From an uncultured Verrucomicrobiae bacterium (GTDB lineage Bacteria; Verrucomicrobiota; Verrucomicrobiia; Verrucomicrobiales; Akkermansiaceae): a stretch of DNA of 64,000 nt. Positions 61,800 to 64,000 of the stretch are shown one piece after another. Numbering within the stretch: the first letter of the stretch is position 1; each line of letters begins with the position of its first letter. The translations under genes and the position numbers were made by a program. Under the pieces are notes generated by a model. That model worked only from the letters and a program-made list of their open reading frames with translations, made no database searches and was not told where the DNA came from. The DNA lies in assembly GCA_963729485.1 (NCBI GenBank), contig CAVSNV010000006.1, positions 289,687 to 353,686 of the forward strand, read 5' to 3'.

Positions 61800-62522
61800 T
61801 CAGATAGCTTTTTCCTTTTTCGCCTTGCCGCGGGATCCGAGGATCTGGTCGCGGGTGCGGACGGAGGAGAGAGCTTTCAGAGTCGCCTTGACGACGTTGG
61901 AGTGATTGGAGGAACCCATCGATTTGGCCAGCACGTCACGGATGCCGACAGCCTCGCAGACTGCGCGGACACCACCACCTGCGATAATCCCCGTTCCCGG
62001 AGAAGCTGGCTTGAGGAGAACCTTGCCGCCACCGAATTCCGCACAGATCTCATGGGGAATGGTGCCGTCAACGATGTTCATAGGCTTGAGAACCTTGCGT
62101 GCTGCCTCGCTGGCCTTGCGGATGCAATCGGCGACTTCGTTTGCCTTGCCGAAACCGACACCGACTTTGCCTTTCTTGTTTCCGCAGACGACGAGCGCCG
62201 AGAAGCTGAAACGACGACCGCCTTTAACGACTTTCGAGCAGCGGTTGATGAAGACCACTTTTTCGGAAAGCTCGTTGCCATCGGCATCGGTAGGAGCTGC
62301 GCGTTCCTCACGGCGTGGGCCGCCGCGTCCGCGTCCACCGCCGCCGCCGAAGCCGCCACGGTTTCCGCCGCCACCGCCGCCCTGGTAGCCACCGCGTTGC
62401 GGAGGGCCGGATCGGGTCGCGGCAGGAGCTGCCGGTGAGACGTTTGGAGCGGTTTCCGGTTTCGGAGTGTCCGAGGCTGCCGGGACCGCCGCTGCGGTAT
62501 CATTTTCTGGAGTAGTTGCCAT
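61800..62522 (-). CDS. rpsE: 30S ribosomal protein S5 with low-complexity N-terminal extension
   Basis: [25 protein letters not shown]. Confidence 0.97.
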   Translation of the reverse strand: MATTPENDTAAAVPAASDTPKPETAPNVSPAAPAATRSGPPQRGGYQGGGGGGNRGGFGGGGGRGRGGPRREERAAPTDADGNELSEKVVFINRCSKVVKGGRRFSFSALVVCGNKKGKVGVGFGKANEVADCIRKASEAARKVLKPMNIVDGTIPHEICAEFGGGKVLLKPASPGTGIIAGGGVRAVCEAVGIRDVLAKSMGSSNHSNVVKATLKALSSVRTRDQILGSRGKAKKEKAI

Positions 62523-62534
62523 GTGATGTGAGAA

Positions 62535-62891
62535 TTAGAATTTGAGTCCGGCTTCGCGGGCGGCGTCGGCAAGTGCTTTCACCTTGCCATGATAGAGGTG
62601 GCCGCCGCGGTCGAATACCACGTCGGAGATATTGGCTTCCTTGGCGCGCTCCGCGAGGAGTTGCCCGACCTTTTGTGCGGAGGCGATATTCGAGGCGTGG
62701 CCTTCGAAGCTCTTGTCCATGGTCGACGAGGAAGCGATGGTGCGGCCCTGCGTATCGTCGATCAACTGCGCGTAGACGTGCTGATTGGAGAAATAAACTG
62801 CGAGGCGCGGACGCTGAGTGGTGCCACTCACCTTGCGGCGGATACGGCTGTGGATCCGCTTGCGGATGGAATTGCGTTGGATGGTGCTCAT
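62535..62891 (-). CDS. rplR: 50S ribosomal protein L18
   Basis: RPRLAV, VVFDRGG...[19 protein letters not shown]. Confidence 0.97.
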   Translation of the reverse strand: MSTIQRNSIRKRIHSRIRRKVSGTTQRPRLAVYFSNQHVYAQLIDDTQGRTIASSSTMDKSFEGHASNIASAQKVGQLLAERAKEANISDVVFDRGGHLYHGKVKALADAAREAGLKF

Positions 62892-62911
62892 TGAACGGAG
62901 ATGTTTTATGG

Positions 62912-63452
62912 TTATTTACCGACGCTCTTGCCTTCCTTGCGGCGGACTTTCTCGCCGACGTAGCGGACGCCTTTGCCTTTGTAAGGCTCAGGCTTGTAGA
63001 AAGCACGGACTTCAGCAGCGAACTGGCCGACGAGTTGTTTATCGATACCCTCGACCTTGATCTTGGTATTTTCATTTACCGTGACGGTAAGGCCGGAAGG
63101 GATCGGGTGGAGGAGCGGGTGCGAGCGACCGAGGGAGAGATCGAGATCCGATCCCTTGACGGCTGCGCGGAGACCGACTCCGTGGATTTCAAGATCCTTG
63201 ACGAAGCCTGTGGAAACGCCGGTGATCATGTTGTTGACGATGGAGCGCACGGTGCCGTGCAGGGCGCGGTGTTCGCGCATGCTCGGTGGCGCGGGAGACG
63301 ATAACGTTTCCGTCTTCGCTCTTGAGGGAGATCCCGGCCGGTACGGTGAAGTCGAGTTTGCCCTTGGGGCCTTCGACATTCACGTTGTTGCCATCAACTT
63401 TGATGGCGACCTTTTCGGGAAGGGAGATTGGTTTGAGTCCGACTCGTGACAT
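62912..63452 (-). CDS. rplF: 50S ribosomal protein L6 (apparent frameshift near 63280)
   Basis: MSRVGLKPI...VEGPKGKL in one frame, ALHGTVRS...PEPYKGKG in another. Confidence 0.95.
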
Positions 63453-63479
63453 TGTATTATGTAGGTTCGAGTTTTAGGA

Positions 63480-63879
63480 TTACCAGATGTTCGCGAGAAT
63501 TTCCCCGCCTAGTTTCTGACGTTTGGCGGATGCGCCTGTCATCACGCCTTTCGAGGTCGAAAGAACGGAGATGCCCAGGCCGGAAAGAACGCGTGGGATA
63601 TCCTGGGAGCCGACATACTGACGACGACCAGGCTTGGAAACGCGCTTGAGGTCGGTGAGGACCGGGCGACCGTCAACGAACTTGCGGACTGACCTTGAGT
63701 TCGGTGACGCGCTCGCCGGTGACGACTTCGTATTTCCAGAGGTATCCTTCTTGCTTGAGGATCTCGGCGATATCCGCCTTGATCTTGGAATAAGGTGCGA
63801 TGAATTCCTCGTTGCCGGCGCGAGCCGCGTTTTTGAAACGGGTGAGGAAGTCGGAGATAGGGTCTGTAAGAACTGCCAT
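63480..63879 (-). CDS. rpsH: 30S ribosomal protein S8 (apparent frameshifts)
   Basis: [14 protein letters not shown]...ILKQEGY; downstream [24 protein letters not shown] in another frame. Confidence 0.93.
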
Positions 63880-63911
63880 GATAGTGGTTTCCTTTAAATT
63901 CTTTGTAGGGG

Positions 63912-64000
63912 TTATGCGGTGGCGAGTTCTGCTTCGTCGGCTTTCTTGACGTCGCGGAAAGGCATTCCGAGTTCGGTGAGGAGCTCGCGGCCCTCGTTGT
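63912..64000 (-). CDS. rplE: 50S ribosomal protein L5, C-terminal part
   Basis: ...[18 protein letters not shown]...; sits upstream of rpsH. Confidence 0.85.
   Translation of the reverse strand, partial: NEGRELLTELGMPFRDVKKADEAELATA

Overview
Bacterial chromosomal window, most likely Verrucomicrobiota (Luteolibacter/Haloferula-like). This is inferred from the PEP-CTERM proteins, the sulfatase and the spc operon lacking rpmD and rpsN. Most of it is housekeeping: tsaD, proBA, hisG, nuoBC, bamA, recQ, lepA, map, adk, secY, ribosomal proteins, tRNA-Gly, thiH, an amylosucrase and a beta-barrel/Wzc/Wza polysaccharide export cluster. The accessory hot spot is 6.7-15.3 kb. It holds a complete four-gene Wadjet (JetABCD, SMC plus TOPRIM nuclease) defence operon, followed on the same strand by two small orphan ORFs. 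Each orphan ends in a related, degenerate attC-like repeat, suggesting an integrase-less cassette array. The same stretch carries a 181-bp MITE-like element enclosing a REP doublet and several other palindromic repeats. Also present: an IS630 element with intact ends but a nonsense mutation, an inverted-domain (NewPHL-like) photolyase, a large clan GH-A glycoside hydrolase with a duplicated N-terminal module, a junction of two back-to-back truncated genes, and an unexplained 0.8-kb gap between adk and map. Many genes, including essential ones (bamA, rplF, rpsH, tsaD), are frameshifted, so indel errors in the assembly are likely and frameshifts here are not good evidence of pseudogenes. All product calls come from motif recognition by eye; no database searches were run.
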